From: a virus
Taxonomy: Duplodnaviria; Caudoviricetes
Virus record (IMG/VR): IMGVR_UViG_3300025626_000119
Span: 1 to 25,574 of that record
Strand: one strand, 5' to 3'
Length of the DNA stretch: 25,574 nt
Part shown: one piece after another, positions 9,001-17,764 of the stretch
How positions within the stretch are numbered: position 1 is the stretch's first letter
Layout: every line of letters begins with the position of its first letter
Notes under the pieces: model-generated
The model's database searches: none
Seen by the model: the letters and a program-made list of their open reading frames with translations, nothing else
Told to the model about the DNA's origin: nothing
Program-made: the position numbers and the translations under genes

Positions 9001-12000
9001 AACGTGCAGAAGAGCAAGGGTATGATACAGGTACTGTCTATTATCACGGCACAGCCTCTGGATTTAGTGCGTTTTCCAAAGACAAGCGGGGGGATGGTAC
9101 TGGCGCACGTTCTGCAAAACAGGCTTTTTTCTTTAGTGATAGCGCACGTACAGCCCAAAGTTACGCACATAACTCAGCAGTTAGATTGCCTGTTCTTAAA
9201 GTTTTAAGAGAAGCTGACGCAGCTGAACGTAAAGGCGACTTTGATAAATACGATTCACTTATTGGCGATGCAGAGGCACTTGAGAATCGCCTTGATGATG
9301 ATCGTAGGAACGGACAAAACATTGTTCCTGTTTACCTACCAAACGATGATTCATTAAGAATTAAAAATATGAGAGGCCGCTCATTTGATGACTTTGGTGT
9401 ATCTGATGAAATTTCTGAGGAACTAAAGTCTGCAAAAAGCGATGGGCTAAAAGGGGTTAAGTTCCTTAATCTAAATGACTCTGCTGGCCTTGCAGATGAT
9501 CCGTCTACCCACGTAGCAATCTTTGAGCCATCAAACATACGCTCAGTAAATGCTCAGTTTGACCCAGCAAAAACAGATTCAGCGAACCTGTCTGATTCGC
9601 GCAGCCCGTCCATACCCGCACTTACCCAGGTATCAAGCCCAAATATTATTTCCCTGGTAGACGGTACGGAAACACCTCCGAAAATGACCGTGAAGGCTGA
9701 GGTAGGAAACTTCCTGCAAACTCGCGCCCTGGAAAAACTTGGTGGCATACCACGCGATCTAAACGACCCCGCAGACCGATCTGCAATTGCGGATGACCTG
9801 GTGTCAGAAGCAATCTACGAGATGGAGTCTAAAGACAGCGCAGTAGAATGGTATGACTCTACTATCGAAAGTATGCTGGAAATGTTGTCTCTAAAATACC
9901 CAGAGATTGCAGACGATCCAAACGCAAAAACACCAATGCTGGTTTCCCTGGCTATCATGTCGCAAAACTTAGATGTTCCAACGAATCTAAAGATGGCAGA
10001 AAAAGCATACGAATACTTTAGGGAAAACGGTCGTTTTGAAATACACGGGACTGGGAAAAGCCTAGCCGTAATGAAACAAAACTTCGACAAAGCCAACAGG
10101 ATGATTGAAAAGCTCGGAAGCATGGAAGCCTTTACAGAGTTTTTGCAGATGGAGTTACCTGTAAAAGATATGAATACAGCACTCCAGGGTATGCTTGGTG
10201 ACGATGGTAAAGTAGGTGGTGAAAACATGGACACTGTTGTCTATGGTTCAGCAATCTTTGGACCCAAAGTTGGCAATGGTTTCTACACTAATCTACGTGG
10301 TGATTTTACTCCCGTCACTATGGATATGTGGTTCATGCGAACTGTTGGTCGCCTAAAAGGTGACCTCATGGAATTCAATGAGGCTAAATTTCAAAAGCAG
10401 CTTGATAGACTGAAGACTGCCCTGGGCAGAAAGCGTATCAGCCGTGAAAAGCTAATTGAAGAAGCTATGCGGTTACGTAAAGCCCATGAGAAAGACTACA
10501 AAGACAACGAAAAGCTGTACAAAGCAAAAATCAAAACCAAATCTGAAGCTACCCTTGCAGCTGAAACTATTGTTAAATCTCTGACAGCAACTACTGACGC
10601 ACCAAAGAGCGGTGGAGAAAGAAATATCCTCCGTGACCTGGTTCAAGAGGCCGTCGCTAAGTTTAACGACAAAACTGGTCTTAACATCGAGCCTGCGGCA
10701 TTCCAGGCATTAATCTGGTATCCTGAGCAGGACCTTTACAAAAGTTTAGGTGTGCAGCTAAAGCACGTCAGGCAGGATTACGCTAACAGTGCAAAACAGT
10801 TACTAAAGAAGGAAGGTTACAATGAAAACGACCTCAACAGTGCAATCGACAGGGTTCGGAGCCGCAGAGAACAAAGAGCAGGACAAGTTCGACAAGGCCC
10901 AGGCCAAGTTGACCAACAAGCAGCTAGACCAGCAGACAGACGCTCTGGTATCCCTGTACAACAAGATCAAGGCCCAATCCTCACCCAAGACGAAAGAGAC
11001 ATAGATTACACCGATGTAACTAAGTTTCTCCCTCCCACAGTATCCAAAGTAAAAGACCAGCTACCCGAAGCCCAGGTTGTTGTCGATGGAATTATTAACA
11101 TCGGTAAAAAAGGCACCAGGTTCGAAAATGGCATAGGTACCCAAGAAGACTTACTGGCACTCGCAGACCATCTCGATATAGCCGTCAAAATCTATGATGA
11201 CGCAGAGGTATACTACAAAGAGAGTCAGGACACGGAAAGAAATACAAATGGCCGTCACCGTGGAGGCCCTCGCAGCAGTGAGATATGGGTAAAAGGTAAA
11301 GAAATACTAGGAGAATTACCTGCGTTTATTACACTTACTCACGAAGTCAGCCACGGCATGGAAAACCGTCCAGAAAATGCAGATGCTGACGATACACTCT
11401 ATCAAAATAATCATGCCCATCCTGGGGCAACTAAAAATAGAAAGTCTTTGTATTACGCAGGGAGCTTGCGCCATAAAATAGCCTCGGCAGTACACTCTGC
11501 CGCCTGGTACCAGGGTATCGACTATGAGCCCGACAAAAAGTATTACCGCGATGAGTTAATAAATTCAGATCGTGTGTCTCTTACATACGGGGACGCAGTG
11601 AAGATAAAGAACGAAATCGAAAAGATACAACGTATGGCAGTTTCTAATCCAAGCATGGCTAACTTAGGCAGCAAGAATCTTCGATCTACGCCAGATTCTA
11701 TTACTGCAAATTTCTTGAAAAATGATCTTGTACGCCTTGGGATGCCAGACCGAGAAATAACTTCCGATGAGATTAAAGCAGGAAGAAAGGCATACAAAAA
11801 CGGTGTAAGAATGGTTATGGACCCATACCGGAAGTACATTCGAGAAGACGCTGAGTTTGCTGTAGACCCCGTTATCCTTTATTTAATGGACCCTAAAACC
11901 ATGAAGCGCGTGGCTCCGGTTACCGCGAAGTACATACGCGACCATTTCGACAAAGCTAATCTTCCAGTTAAATTCCATGCCCATCCTATGGCTGTAATCC

Positions 12001-12104
12001 TGTCCATTCTAATGGCAGGTGCGCTTATGAAAGGCGAAGAGGAAGAAGAAGAGAAAATGGCACCTGGTGCGCTTAGTCCACAACCTGCACTTCTGAGTGC
12101 GTAG
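6006..12104 (+). CDS. Large polyvalent internal virion protein (2032 aa) with ART-like, HhH-GPD-like and zincin-like modules
   Basis: Gly/Ala hydrophobic N-terminal region; YYHGT...AFFFSDS...VAIFEPSNIRS (ART-like); WYD...GPKVG...VTMDMWFMR...FQALIW (HhH-GPD-like); HEVSH (HExxH); C-terminal hydrophobic helix. Confidence 0.7.
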   Translation: MTQRTPDEFKAAYEHHKNAGDTQKAARVAQLYRQSLAQQQPQQQPQQQQPAGSQVPQGQRDNAFEYGLDQAQSLYGGLVETVGKKVGSQGMMQYGQNVQEQQEKDMAKGGYQFQYDSFGDAIDKGGLGGFASHGGSVVAAGLPTTGATLVGGGATALAAFYGAPAWAVAALGGATTAGGIGLGIGENALEQKEKTGKLNPDVAIGVGVISGLLDRIGVRKVFSMKDLEKMTTQEIADKLRKKGMGSKAAEFLKGMGAEAITETAQEGTNIAATSALGGEYTGQEVEQRLTDAGITGGLMAGTIKTGTGTVKAATNLVTGGSPSSNMSDQESQAAASYAQRLIKKAEANGYDLRDIDTSSDKGARKAVDSTHVDMSVSLRQLFDDLKPILDIKDTDSLDAVAEKVLAKVAYRKANNKTKNTVEQEDFAAVEKLAGNTQEGRRAINLMHELNQMTTIHNGGYKGGVSQYTDQLAPLGLGGEGYDRGKAISERLLRPLVTAQAFASTGGSSLLGQLGAMGTGRAIDKVTGRRSTVDRFARKYGKQPGQPAPTGPSVREENIADIGEQERLAAEEAARQEQMAAEQRDANLARVDAGAPPQFGSPEDIMRDGTGLDRAEIAQVLRILKANPNTLPAVRRAIDAYEQGIAVGGEMDFSLIRDINAFVDANPNYVQRNRQPNVQRAAATAQAGAQQNLTQRDQNYQRGIENNLAFVKQLQDQLNDDKSVRPIEKAKLLDTLNSMQFDLGADPIAALKAHAERLYDGGVSQDALQQYFLPYMERVQQQQQAAQRKREADLSDSETIASAQDAMDDARIVPVPFNNQGMQNAFGVNSPTEGGNYIDLDSREDLTGNTYALGSVKIIDGKPLLETNDAPAAPATRDSGNKVKVNLFKKKAGWSWVDYDGPDTIVSTEQGGKHHYSLNTDFQTPVTLQTYPKQPSEPRLRPTSQGKVVLGNKIGSISVRGKLHPVYDQVTIQDKRADRQQFNDDRSPQPVGETVAQRKQRAEEQGYDTGTVYYHGTASGFSAFSKDKRGDGTGARSAKQAFFFSDSARTAQSYAHNSAVRLPVLKVLREADAAERKGDFDKYDSLIGDAEALENRLDDDRRNGQNIVPVYLPNDDSLRIKNMRGRSFDDFGVSDEISEELKSAKSDGLKGVKFLNLNDSAGLADDPSTHVAIFEPSNIRSVNAQFDPAKTDSANLSDSRSPSIPALTQVSSPNIISLVDGTETPPKMTVKAEVGNFLQTRALEKLGGIPRDLNDPADRSAIADDLVSEAIYEMESKDSAVEWYDSTIESMLEMLSLKYPEIADDPNAKTPMLVSLAIMSQNLDVPTNLKMAEKAYEYFRENGRFEIHGTGKSLAVMKQNFDKANRMIEKLGSMEAFTEFLQMELPVKDMNTALQGMLGDDGKVGGENMDTVVYGSAIFGPKVGNGFYTNLRGDFTPVTMDMWFMRTVGRLKGDLMEFNEAKFQKQLDRLKTALGRKRISREKLIEEAMRLRKAHEKDYKDNEKLYKAKIKTKSEATLAAETIVKSLTATTDAPKSGGERNILRDLVQEAVAKFNDKTGLNIEPAAFQALIWYPEQDLYKSLGVQLKHVRQDYANSAKQLLKKEGYNENDLNSAIDRVRSRREQRAGQVRQGPGQVDQQAARPADRRSGIPVQQDQGPILTQDERDIDYTDVTKFLPPTVSKVKDQLPEAQVVVDGIINIGKKGTRFENGIGTQEDLLALADHLDIAVKIYDDAEVYYKESQDTERNTNGRHRGGPRSSEIWVKGKEILGELPAFITLTHEVSHGMENRPENADADDTLYQNNHAHPGATKNRKSLYYAGSLRHKIASAVHSAAWYQGIDYEPDKKYYRDELINSDRVSLTYGDAVKIKNEIEKIQRMAVSNPSMANLGSKNLRSTPDSITANFLKNDLVRLGMPDREITSDEIKAGRKAYKNGVRMVMDPYRKYIREDAEFAVDPVILYLMDPKTMKRVAPVTAKYIRDHFDKANLPVKFHAHPMAVILSILMAGALMKGEEEEEEKMAPGALSPQPALLSA
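6117..6152 (+). repeat. 12-nt in-frame tandem repeat (QQQP)
   Basis: CAGCAGCAACCT x2 followed by CAGCAGCAACAG. Confidence 0.85.
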
Positions 12105-12112
12105 GAGAACCC

Positions 12113-12385
12113 GTGAAAGAGAGAGCAATTGATGTGGTGGCCATGCTGCCACAAATAGAAATGGTTAAAAACAGCAAGTTACTTTCTGCTGAGGACAAGG
12201 CCGTCTGTCTACGAGAGTTGGCGACAAGCCTGCCACCGGAAATGCTATGCAGTGGTTTCCCTGGTGTTAGGAGAATTGTCGAACAAGTTATTGATAGAGA
12301 GGTGGCAAATGCCCAGCCCAAGAAAGCAGAGAAAAAAGTCCCCGCCAAAGCCCCTGAAAAGGCCCCAAAACGCCCCAAAAAATAA
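12113..12385 (+). CDS. Hypothetical protein (90 aa) with basic K/P-rich tail
   Basis: GTG start with AGGAG RBS 8 nt after the previous stop; overlaps the next gene. Confidence 0.65.
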   Translation: MKERAIDVVAMLPQIEMVKNSKLLSAEDKAVCLRELATSLPPEMLCSGFPGVRRIVEQVIDREVANAQPKKAEKKVPAKAPEKAPKRPKK

Positions 12386-12821
12386 TTACTTTGCAAACCT
12401 TATGTCGACACCAGAGGGAAGGGCACTTAGAAAGCAGTGGTCCACCAAGCCTCGCAAGAATGCTGGTAGACCGAAGGGTGTACCTGACGGGCACACTGCG
12501 GAGACAATAAAACCTATTCGTGAACAAGCTAAAAAAGACGCTAAAAAGGTAGTGGAAATTATGTCAGAGAAATTCAACATTGAAGACGAGTACCAAAAGG
12601 AAGCCTTGAAAACCGCAGTAGAAGTTATGCGTGTCGACGGTCAATCCAGAGAAAGACTCGCAGCAGCACGTCTGGTATTAGATTTTACCAAGAGCAAGCC
12701 TGCGTCAAAGTCTGATGTCTCTATCCATAAAGCAGAAGACTTTTTAGCATCATTGTTAGTCGAGGATGAGCAAACCGATGAACAAGCAATTGAAGGAAGT
12801 GCGGAAGAAGTTACTAAATAG
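12309..12821 (+). CDS. terS: Putative terminase small subunit (start revised to ATG 12309, 170 aa)
   Basis: Directly upstream of TerL; basic N-terminus with AGRPKG motif and helical RLAAARLVLDFT segment; GAGGTGG RBS precedes ATG 12309. Confidence 0.6.
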   Translation: MPSPRKQRKKSPPKPLKRPQNAPKNNYFANLMSTPEGRALRKQWSTKPRKNAGRPKGVPDGHTAETIKPIREQAKKDAKKVVEIMSEKFNIEDEYQKEALKTAVEVMRVDGQSRERLAAARLVLDFTKSKPASKSDVSIHKAEDFLASLLVEDEQTDEQAIEGSAEEVTK

Positions 12822-14349
12822 TTTTGAGTTTTACAGTAAATCTGCCCTCAAGATAAGAACAAAAGCAGGCAAGATCACCCCCCTCAAGTTAAACCCAGCC
12901 CAGCAAATTCTAAACGCTGCGGTTGAGGACCAGATGGCCACCGAAGGCAAAGTCAGGGTCATTATTCTAAAAGCAAGACAGCAAGGTTTATCTACTTACA
13001 CAGGCGGCTACCTTTATTACTCGGTAAGCCAACGTCCTGCGTGTAAGGGGATGGTCATCACACACCATGCCGACAGTACCAGGGCACTCTTTGATATGAC
13101 CAAGAGATTCCATGAGCATTGTCCAGATATCCTCAAGCCCCACACGAAATACTCTTCAAGGCGGGAGATGAATTTTGATGTTCTTGACTCTAGTTTCGTC
13201 GTTGCAACAGCAGGTGGTGAAAGCATTGGCCGTGGTGAAACGCTTACTCACGTCCATGCTTCGGAACTCGCCTTCTGGCAAAAAAGCACTGCTCTGGACA
13301 ATTGGAATGGCCTCACGCAAGCAGTACCTAATACAAAAGGCACGGCTATTTTTGTTGAGTCTACCGCCAATGGTGTCAACGGTATTTTCTATGACCTATG
13401 GCGTGGCGCGGTTGACGGCACTAATGGTTACGTTCCTGTTTTTATTCCTTGGTTCACTGATCCTGATTACCGTGAACCCACTACTGAGCATTTTGAAAGA
13501 ACGCCAGAAGAGGAAGAGTTAGCCGAGAAGTTTGACCTGGACGATGAGCAGCTAATGTTCCGTCGCAAAAAGGTTGCCCAGAATGGCCTGGACCTATTCC
13601 GACAGGAGTACCCAAGCGAACCTGACGAGGCATTCCTGACAACTGGTCGCCCCGTGTTTAACCCAGACCAGCTAGTTAAAAACCTGGAGTCTACCAGGGA
13701 CCTTGAGTCCCGAATGGCCCTGGAGAATAACGAGTGGAACCCTAATCACCGTGGCGAATTGTTTACCTGGCGACCTCACGTCGAGGGTGAGCAGTATTGC
13801 ATCGGTGCTGACTGTTCCATGGGTGTCAGAGGGGGTGACTACAGTGTTGCCCAGGTGTTGGATTCCAAGAAGCGACAGGTAGCCACATTTCGGGCACACG
13901 TCCACCCCGACTACTTCGCTGAGGTCCTGTACAACTTAGGTATGTACTACAACGAAGCCTTGATATGCGTCGAGAATAACTCTCACGGCATTCTTACCTG
14001 TACACGCCTTGGAAAAGACATGGCCTACCCGAACTTTTACACAGAGATTCAGCACGACAAGGTGACTGATCGAGAAACTGTAAAACTAGGGTTCTCTACT
14101 ACCGCAAAAACCAAACCCCTCATCATTGACCAACTCAGGGCCACCATGCGTGACGAAGAGTTGGAGCTAAATGACAAGGTCACTATACGAGAAATGCTGA
14201 CATACATCGTGACTGAGTCTGGAGCCATGCAAGCTGAAAGTGGCTGCTATGACGATTGCGTGATGAGCCTGGCATTAGCAAATTATGTCCACCAAGGAGC
14301 CTGGGAACCCATTGAGGTTTCTGATTCTTATTACATTGAAATGGTATAA
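12766..14349 (+). CDS. terL: Terminase large subunit (start may be ATG 12778)
   Basis: Walker A-like ILKARQQGLST, Walker B-like HVHASE, coupling motif VESTANG, RNase H-like nuclease motifs IGADCS...GDYS and YDDCVMSLA. Confidence 0.93.
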   Translation: MSKPMNKQLKEVRKKLLNSFEFYSKSALKIRTKAGKITPLKLNPAQQILNAAVEDQMATEGKVRVIILKARQQGLSTYTGGYLYYSVSQRPACKGMVITHHADSTRALFDMTKRFHEHCPDILKPHTKYSSRREMNFDVLDSSFVVATAGGESIGRGETLTHVHASELAFWQKSTALDNWNGLTQAVPNTKGTAIFVESTANGVNGIFYDLWRGAVDGTNGYVPVFIPWFTDPDYREPTTEHFERTPEEEELAEKFDLDDEQLMFRRKKVAQNGLDLFRQEYPSEPDEAFLTTGRPVFNPDQLVKNLESTRDLESRMALENNEWNPNHRGELFTWRPHVEGEQYCIGADCSMGVRGGDYSVAQVLDSKKRQVATFRAHVHPDYFAEVLYNLGMYYNEALICVENNSHGILTCTRLGKDMAYPNFYTEIQHDKVTDRETVKLGFSTTAKTKPLIIDQLRATMRDEELELNDKVTIREMLTYIVTESGAMQAESGCYDDCVMSLALANYVHQGAWEPIEVSDSYYIEMV

Positions 14350-14352
14350 ATA

Positions 14353-16383
14353 ATGGCAAAACGTAAAGACTACAAGAAACTGTCGGACACTAACATCGTC
14401 ACCCTGGTCGATGAGAATGTTGGCCTAGCAGTAGGCTATGCAGATTCAGAGTTGAGTACGGAACGTGCAAATGTTGTCGACTACTACAACGGAACTTTGC
14501 CCAAGCCGCTGCACGATGGAAACTCAAAGTACGTGTCTTTAGATTTGTACGATGCAGTGGAGAGCCTTAAAGCTGCACTCCTTGAAACCTTCAGTAGTGG
14601 CAATAAGACAGTAAAGTTTAGCCCACAGAACCAGGACGATGTTGCTAAGGCAAAAATCTGCACTGAGTACACTGACTACGTAGTTCATCGTCAGAATGAT
14701 ATGTACAAGGTGATGTCTACGGTTATACATGATGGGCTAATTGCCAGGGCAGGCATTGCCAAAGTATTCTGGGAAGAATCCGCGCACTTCGATTACGAAG
14801 AGTTTGAGGATGTCACCGAGGGCGAACTAGATATGCTCCTGGCCCAGGACGATGTCGAGCTAGTAGAAAGCACTACCGATGACCTGGGGTTGATCTCTGG
14901 GACCATCAGTATCGAAAGTGACACCTCCCAGGTAGCTATTGAGAACATCGCACCGGAAGAATTCCTTATCGAGACCCAGGCAAAGAGCCTGGACTCTGTT
15001 AACTTCTGTGCCCACAGAACAAAGAAAACAATCTCTGAGCTAACCGACGAAGGATACCCCAAGAAACTCCTGGACAAGATCGGGGAGCATTCTGATGTGG
15101 ACATGGAAACCGATCCAGAAATATTGAGCCGTTTCGATAATATAGGCAACCGCAGTTTTAACTCGTCTGGTTACCAGGACCAGGTACGCACCGTCATGGT
15201 GTACGAAGCCTACATTATGCTAGATGTTGAGGGGACGGGAGTCGCTGAACTATACAAAGTAATCAAAGCTGGCAATGTTCTTTTATCTAAAGAAAAAGTA
15301 TCCAGAAAACCCTTCATTGCTTTTGTTCCGCTCCCGATCCCTCACGCTTTTTATGGCAACAACTATGCTGCCAAAGTTATACCCACACAGAACGCCCGTA
15401 CAGTGCTGACCCGGTCAATCCTGGACCATGCCATGATTACAAATAACCCCCGTTACACAGTAGTTAAAGGCGGCCTGACCAATCCCAGAGAATTAATTGA
15501 TAACCGTGTGGGCGGGATCGTGAACACCACCAGGCCCGATGCAATCTCACCGATGCTACAGGCTCCTTTGAATCCGTTCACGTTCCAGACCATTCAGATG
15601 CTGGACGAAGACAAAGAAGACACTACTGGTGTCTCCAAGATTTCCCAGGGCCTAAACAAAGACGCAGTCAGCAAGCAAAACTCAGCCGCCATGGTTGAGC
15701 AGCTGGCGACCATGTCTCAGCAGCGGCAGAAGATTATCGCCAGGAACTTTGCTAACCAATTTGTTAAGCCACTGTTCCAGGAGGTTTATCAGCTGGTCTG
15801 TGAGAACGAAAGCCAGGAGCGCATTGTTGAGCTATCAGGTGAGTACGTGGCCTGTGATCCTCGCAAGTGGCGCGAGAAGCGCGATGTCGTTACTGAGATG
15901 CACCTGGGCTACGGAGAGCAGGACCGAGAATCTCAAAAGTACCTGGCACTGCACACGCTACTAAGTTCCGACCCTTCATTGTCCAAAATGTACCAGCCTC
16001 AGAATCAGTACGAGCTAATCTCTCGGACAATGGACATGACAGGTATCAAGGATGTCAGTGCATTCCTGACGAACCCACAAGAGTTGCCAGAAGAGCAGCC
16101 TGATCCCGCACAAGAGTTGCAGATGCAGATGATGCAAAAGCAGCTTGAAGTACAGGAACGTCAGACAGCAGTTGCTGAAATGAAAGCCCAGGTAGACGCT
16201 GAAATTAGCAAGATGAAACTTCAGTTGGAGAAAGCCAAGGTTGAAAACCAGCATGCTATCCAGAGCGACAACATGGACCTCAAAGAAGAGCAGCTACGAC
16301 ATAAGAAAGAGATTGACGCTGCCGAGATGGTCCTGGCACAACGTGCTGAACAGATTACTGCCATTGCAAGCCCGAATGGTTAA
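14353..16383 (+). CDS. Portal protein (P22-like with long C-terminal coiled coil, 676 aa)
   Basis: Follows TerL; size; DGLI..GI.KV.W and PF.....P.PH.FYG motifs; Q/E-rich helical C-terminus. Confidence 0.88.
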   Translation: MAKRKDYKKLSDTNIVTLVDENVGLAVGYADSELSTERANVVDYYNGTLPKPLHDGNSKYVSLDLYDAVESLKAALLETFSSGNKTVKFSPQNQDDVAKAKICTEYTDYVVHRQNDMYKVMSTVIHDGLIARAGIAKVFWEESAHFDYEEFEDVTEGELDMLLAQDDVELVESTTDDLGLISGTISIESDTSQVAIENIAPEEFLIETQAKSLDSVNFCAHRTKKTISELTDEGYPKKLLDKIGEHSDVDMETDPEILSRFDNIGNRSFNSSGYQDQVRTVMVYEAYIMLDVEGTGVAELYKVIKAGNVLLSKEKVSRKPFIAFVPLPIPHAFYGNNYAAKVIPTQNARTVLTRSILDHAMITNNPRYTVVKGGLTNPRELIDNRVGGIVNTTRPDAISPMLQAPLNPFTFQTIQMLDEDKEDTTGVSKISQGLNKDAVSKQNSAAMVEQLATMSQQRQKIIARNFANQFVKPLFQEVYQLVCENESQERIVELSGEYVACDPRKWREKRDVVTEMHLGYGEQDRESQKYLALHTLLSSDPSLSKMYQPQNQYELISRTMDMTGIKDVSAFLTNPQELPEEQPDPAQELQMQMMQKQLEVQERQTAVAEMKAQVDAEISKMKLQLEKAKVENQHAIQSDNMDLKEEQLRHKKEIDAAEMVLAQRAEQITAIASPNG

Positions 16384-16409
16384 ACCCCTAGTCTTTTAAG
16401 GAGAGACGA

Positions 16410-16676
16410 ATGACCGAAGAAGAAAAGATGGTCGCCATGGGGGATCACGCTGAAAACTTTCTACAGAGTGATTCCTTTAACGCCATTATCAACAGCCTGG
16501 TAGAACAATGCTTCCAAAGTTTTGCCTTTAGTAAGCCCGAAGATGAAGCTGTAAGGCAGCATGCCTACTACCAGTATTTAGCAGTAACAGAAATAGTCGA
16601 CACCATTAAACAACGTGTCGCTGTACGTGATGAAATTAACAACAGAGCAAGCGACAGCCGCTCAGAAGAGGAATAG
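16410..16676 (+). CDS. Small helical protein between portal and scaffold (88 aa)
   Basis: Strong TAAGGAG RBS; a small gene at this position is common in podovirus head modules. Confidence 0.8.
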   Translation: MTEEEKMVAMGDHAENFLQSDSFNAIINSLVEQCFQSFAFSKPEDEAVRQHAYYQYLAVTEIVDTIKQRVAVRDEINNRASDSRSEEE

Positions 16677-16679
16677 ACC

Positions 16680-17717
16680 ATGTCAATTGATAACGTCAAT
16701 AATACTTCCGACTCTCCCCTGGCATCAGTAGACGATGCCGCAGAAGCTATACTTGGACAATGGGAAGACGCTGATGAAGATCAGCTATCTGAAGATAGTC
16801 AAGAGGCTACAGATGAATCTACAGACGAGACTGACGTAGAGGAATCTGAAGAAACCGAAGATGAAACTGAAGACGAAGAATCTGATGAGGAAACTGAGGA
16901 CCCTGACGAAGAATTAGAGGAAACCGAAGACAGTGACGAAGAGTCCGAGGACGATGATCAAGAAGTAGAAGAAATTGATCTGTCCGATGACACCCTGGTC
17001 GAGATTACTGTCGATGGAGAATCTAAGCAGGCATCCATAAAGGACCTTAAAAGACTCTACGGTCAAGAAGCATCTTTAACACGTAAGTCTCAAGAAGCTG
17101 CATCACAACGTAAGTTGGCCGATGACCAGCTGCAAAAAGCCGATGCGTCATTACAAGCAATGCTTAGTCGAGCCCAGGAACGGTACAAGCCGTACTCTGA
17201 GGTCGACATGTTGGTTGCCAGTAAGCAGATGGATGCCGAGTCATTCACTGCACTGAGAGCCGAAGCAAAGCAAGCCGAAGACGATCTTAAATTTCTAAGC
17301 GAAGAAGCCGACCAATTCTATTCGTTCGTTAAGCAGCAACAAGCCGAAGCAAAACAGGCAGAAGCTAAAGAGTGCATAAAGGTCCTACAGAAAGAAATTC
17401 CTGACTGGAACAATGACCTCTATAACGACATACGAAGCTATGCAATTGGCCAGGGATTACCTGAAGAAGCCGTCAATCAATACTCCGATCCAAACGTGAT
17501 CATGTTGCTTAACAAAGCGCGAATGTTTGACCAAACTAAAAAGGTAGCCACTGCGAAAAAGGCTAAAGCGTCTAAGAAGATTTTGAGATCGAAGAAGGCA
17601 CCCCCAACCAAAGCTGACATAAAAGCCCAACGTCAAAAGAAGACCATGGACAAGCTCAGAAGCGGTGGCAATGACCTCGACAATATTGCGGATGCGATTA
17701 TGGCTGGCTGGGAATGA
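16680..17717 (+). CDS. Capsid scaffolding protein (345 aa)
   Basis: Very acidic N-terminus, ITVDGE...SLTRKSQE motif, coiled coil and basic C-terminus; immediately precedes the capsid gene. Confidence 0.82.
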   Translation: MSIDNVNNTSDSPLASVDDAAEAILGQWEDADEDQLSEDSQEATDESTDETDVEESEETEDETEDEESDEETEDPDEELEETEDSDEESEDDDQEVEEIDLSDDTLVEITVDGESKQASIKDLKRLYGQEASLTRKSQEAASQRKLADDQLQKADASLQAMLSRAQERYKPYSEVDMLVASKQMDAESFTALRAEAKQAEDDLKFLSEEADQFYSFVKQQQAEAKQAEAKECIKVLQKEIPDWNNDLYNDIRSYAIGQGLPEEAVNQYSDPNVIMLLNKARMFDQTKKVATAKKAKASKKILRSKKAPPTKADIKAQRQKKTMDKLRSGGNDLDNIADAIMAGWE

Positions 17718-17764
17718 TGCTCTATTTTTATTTTAATTTTCTCATTTTCAAAAGGTAATAAATC

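Noticed and set aside
16680-17000. Acidic low-complexity stretch as a repeat element or DNA mimic
   Set aside because: Adequately explained as the usual acidic N-terminus of a scaffolding protein.
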